From Bacteroidia bacterium (lineage in GTDB: Bacteria; Bacteroidota; Bacteroidia; M30B66), in NCBI GenBank assembly GCA_965279035.1, contig OZ257142.1, positions 96,001 to 160,000 on the forward strand: a stretch of DNA of 64,000 nucleotides, written 5' to 3'. The notes beneath the pieces are model-generated. The model did no database searches. It saw only the letters and a list, made by a program, of their open reading frames with translations, and was not told the origin of the DNA. Shown here one piece after another: positions 62,201 to 64,000 of the stretch. The position numbers were made by a program, and so were the translations under genes. How positions within the stretch are numbered: the stretch's first letter is position 1; each line of letters starts with the position of its first letter.

Positions 62201-64000
62201 AAGTTCATTCCAATACATTCCCGGAAAACGAGGTTGGGCGCAAGATCATTTCTTTCAATTTAAAAAAGACACCTACAACCAAATCAATTACTTACGCCCT
62301 GTGCGCTATTTCGATTTTGTAAGCAACGCGAAAGAAATTACCTGCTATGCGTATGGTTATCCTTGGGAAGTAAGTGAACTTTGGGCAACCTCGTATAAAA
62401 TTGACGCTGAAGTTTGGGCTGATGCAGGATGTAGCTTGGATGGCGCTGTATACATTGCTGTTATTGATTCGGTTACACTACTCCCTTGGCTCTCTCCACA
62501 AAATTGCTGGGATGTTGGAAATCAGTTCGGACAGTTCAACAATACCTGTCAGTGTAAAAGTGGAAGCCGCATGGCAAATTTCGTGTTTCGTAACGAAGGT
62601 TCTGCAACCGAAATGGCAGCTATGCGCGATATGATTAACAGTGTTCCTAACGGACATTATATCTTAGCCTATACTTGGATTTACGGGAATTATCAAACTT
62701 GGGATGAAAGTGTAATTCAAGCATTCGAAGATTTAGGTGCTGATAGTGTTCGATATTTACCTAATGAATACCCTTATATTTTTCTTGCTAAGAAAGGACA
62801 TCCCGAAACTGCCATTGAATTGATTGCTGATTCGGCCAATGCAAATCTGGTCTTGAGTGCACCGATGTATAATAGCTGGGTAAGTGGTGACTTTTCATCC
62901 ACTTTGATTGGTCCTGGTTCTGGTTGGGATACCCTAAGTTGGAAGGCAAAACAGTTCGACAATCCTTTAGACAGCATCAGAATTCAAGTAAAAGGTATTC
63001 AATACAATGGAACAGAAGATGTCATTTTAGAAGCAACAACGGGTTCTGAAGGAAATCTGAATCTTTCTCCACTCATCGGGACAACTTCCTATTCTTACCT
63101 AAAGTTGAATGCCTTCATGCGTGATGATTCCTTGCGTACACCCGTTCAACTTGATCGTTGGCAAGTAACATTCGATCCTGTGCCAGAATGTGCGTTGAAT
63201 CCTTTAGCTGGATTGTATATGAATAATGACACCATTCAGCAAGGTGATAGTCTTAAAATAGCGATTGCCATTCAGAATATCAGTGAATTGCCGATGGATA
63301 GCATGTTAGTTGCCTATTGGATTCAAGATGCCGATCGGAATATTTATCCGGTTAATTATACGCGTCAAAAACCACTAGCACCGGGTGAGATATTGTATGA
63401 TACCGTTGCCGTTTCAACTTTATCGTATTCGGGATTGAATTCAATTTGGGTTGAAGCCAATCCAAACAACGATCAGCCAGAACAATTCCGTTTCAACAAC
63501 ATCGGATCTCTCAATTTCTTTATTGATTCAGATCACATCAATCCACTGATGGACGTGACATTTGATGCAGTACACATATTGAATGGAGATATCATTTCCC
63601 CAAAACCTGAAGTGATTATCCAATTAAAAGATGAAAATCCTTATTTAGCATTGAATGATACGAGTTCCTTTCAACTGTATTTGAGAAAACCATCTCAAAG
63701 TACGGCGAGTCCTATTTATTTTCATACAACGCCAGAACTCAGTTTTATTGCTGCTTCATTGCCATTGAATAAAGCAAAACTCGAATGGAGACCATTGTTT
63801 ACAGAAGATGGAAAATACGATTTGATCGTTAAAGCCAAAGATCGTTCGAACAATGCCAGTGGATCGGTTCAGTATAGTATTTCTTTTGAGGTGATTAATA
63901 AATCAACTATCACAAACATTCTCAACTATCCGAATCCGTTTAGTACGAAAACTCACTTTGTTTTCACTTTAACCGGTTCTCAAATTCCGGATGAATTTAG
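59247..64000 (+). CDS. C25 family cysteine peptidase, T9SS sortase PorU2-like (runs off the window)
   Basis: MVKRYFLPFLFLFFVQSILA|QPFGNEWIQYNQSYYKIKV; same frame at FFGHA (His codon 61167), GNSCYAG (Cys codon 61257) and NYPNPFSTKTHFVFTLTG near the window end; absent from the ORF track because no stop lies inside the window. Confidence 0.9.
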   Translation, partial: MVKRYFLPFLFLFFVQSILAQPFGNEWIQYNQSYYKIKVWNDGVYRISFAALTEAIPALVATDPRNLQIFGRGQEQAIYIQGESDGTWDSADFVEFFGRKNTGWLDASMYPDANAHGNPNYSLISDTASYFITWNSSTSNLRMISETDVNFTGITAAPYFINQVNYQETSDYYFGKTDFNNSTDPEYTDGEGWAGAVFTAPLLNQIISLPSTNAVATGPQANLSIVYNTISNAPWFNDHHYQMQLSNLAVLDTIMEGHGCRKFSFSMNASGLGASTTQFKHSYLGINDNNGVLVTSNSMFSNYVWRYPHSFNLENKTYYRMWLPDNPNSSNYLLNMSNLAAAGSTVWLYDLSNGKRITVLPVAGVYKAIVPNGSGAEKELFVVPENQFSSIAGTAIQPVNSASAQPGKFTDLQNIPGYQFLLVSNRNLSQEAQNYKAYRTAKYSSEVVYVDELFDQFSYGITQHPLAIRNFANTALSYWTTKPEYLLLLGKSISAHFIRNDAQAWSECMVPTYGFPSSDALLTAGLNGTLPYEPALATGRVAAKNGADVTAYLNKLQEYEANEPALWMKQILHFGGGQSQGEQQTYLNYLGTYKHTIEDTLFGGTVYTYQKTSSAPIEQTQSAIIADYINNGVSLMTFFGHATGSGFDVSIDDPGSYNNQGKYPFLIGNSCYAGDIHQPPGFGFSQSEEFTLIPNRGTIGFIASVSLGIPNQLHTYTDSLYKYIGQRHYGEPVGMSMKRVCHDIYSNDPFRKAVILETTLHGDPGVAMNHADLPDYLTTAPEVYFDPNEVTTEVDSFSLNIVVTNVGRATNQPVTLEVVRNFPGTGLTTTYSRVMQQLYYRDTLHIRMPVTDLVKGGVGINTFNIRIDPLNQQAELSESNNNLTATLIIRSAEVLPVWPYEYALVPDNSVTLKASTGDPFAPVRNYIFEMDTTDLFNSPFKITTTITQAGGVLNWVPPLTLQDSMVYFWRVSPDSVAGGSYRWKESSFQYIPGKRGWAQDHFFQFKKDTYNQINYLRPVRYFDFVSNAKEITCYAYGYPWEVSELWATSYKIDAEVWADAGCSLDGAVYIAVIDSVTLLPWLSPQNCWDVGNQFGQFNNTCQCKSGSRMANFVFRNEGSATEMAAMRDMINSVPNGHYILAYTWIYGNYQTWDESVIQAFEDLGADSVRYLPNEYPYIFLAKKGHPETAIELIADSANANLVLSAPMYNSWVSGDFSSTLIGPGSGWDTLSWKAKQFDNPLDSIRIQVKGIQYNGTEDVILEATTGSEGNLNLSPLIGTTSYSYLKLNAFMRDDSLRTPVQLDRWQVTFDPVPECALNPLAGLYMNNDTIQQGDSLKIAIAIQNISELPMDSMLVAYWIQDADRNIYPVNYTRQKPLAPGEILYDTVAVSTLSYSGLNSIWVEANPNNDQPEQFRFNNIGSLNFFIDSDHINPLMDVTFDAVHILNGDIISPKPEVIIQLKDENPYLALNDTSSFQLYLRKPSQSTASPIYFHTTPELSFIAASLPLNKAKLEWRPLFTEDGKYDLIVKAKDRSNNASGSVQYSISFEVINKSTITNILNYPNPFSTKTHFVFTLTGSQIPDEF

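Noticed and set aside
59410-62977. Several short ORFs listed in the last 5 kb
   Set aside because: All lie within the single long PorU2-like frame starting at 59247
1-64000. Prophage, IS element, integron, tRNA or rRNA
   Set aside because: No integrase, transposase, phage structural gene or RNA-gene signature recognised by eye; a tRNAscan or ISEScan run would confirm

Overview
64 kb of a Bacteroidota chromosome. The evidence is T9SS sorting domains, gldD, PorV2/PorU2, many TAnnTTTG -7 promoter boxes and a split PurQ/PurS FGAM synthase. Most of the window is housekeeping: prfB (programmed +1 frameshift), lepA, gltA, ctaA, gldD-ssb-mutY, HU-TPR-bS22-RNase E/G, rfbA, hemD-rnpA-yidD, two S41 proteases, purQ, purS, lptB and pssA. 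Accessory pieces are interspersed: (1) an ORF6N/KilA-N gene; (2) a three-repeat secreted protein whose T9SS type B sorting domain is split by an in-frame TAA; (3) an AAA/DUF4143 gene; (4) an AT-rich amino-sugar/lipid-carrier glycosylation cluster (9.4-15.1 kb); (5) a Flavo-1-like structured RNA; (6) a zeta-like toxin-antitoxin candidate; (7) a tandem pair of T9SS-exported choice-of-anchor V/Reeler-like proteins with a C-x9-C-x4-CH motif, divergent from a radical SAM/SPASM gene. Four coding features are missing from the ORF track: the prfB 5' frame, bS22 (29777-29866), a 53-aa membrane protein (52182-52343) and the large PorU2-like C25 peptidase (59247 to window end). I saw no CRISPR array, rRNA, tRNA or transposase. 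All family names come from motif recognition by eye, not from database searches.
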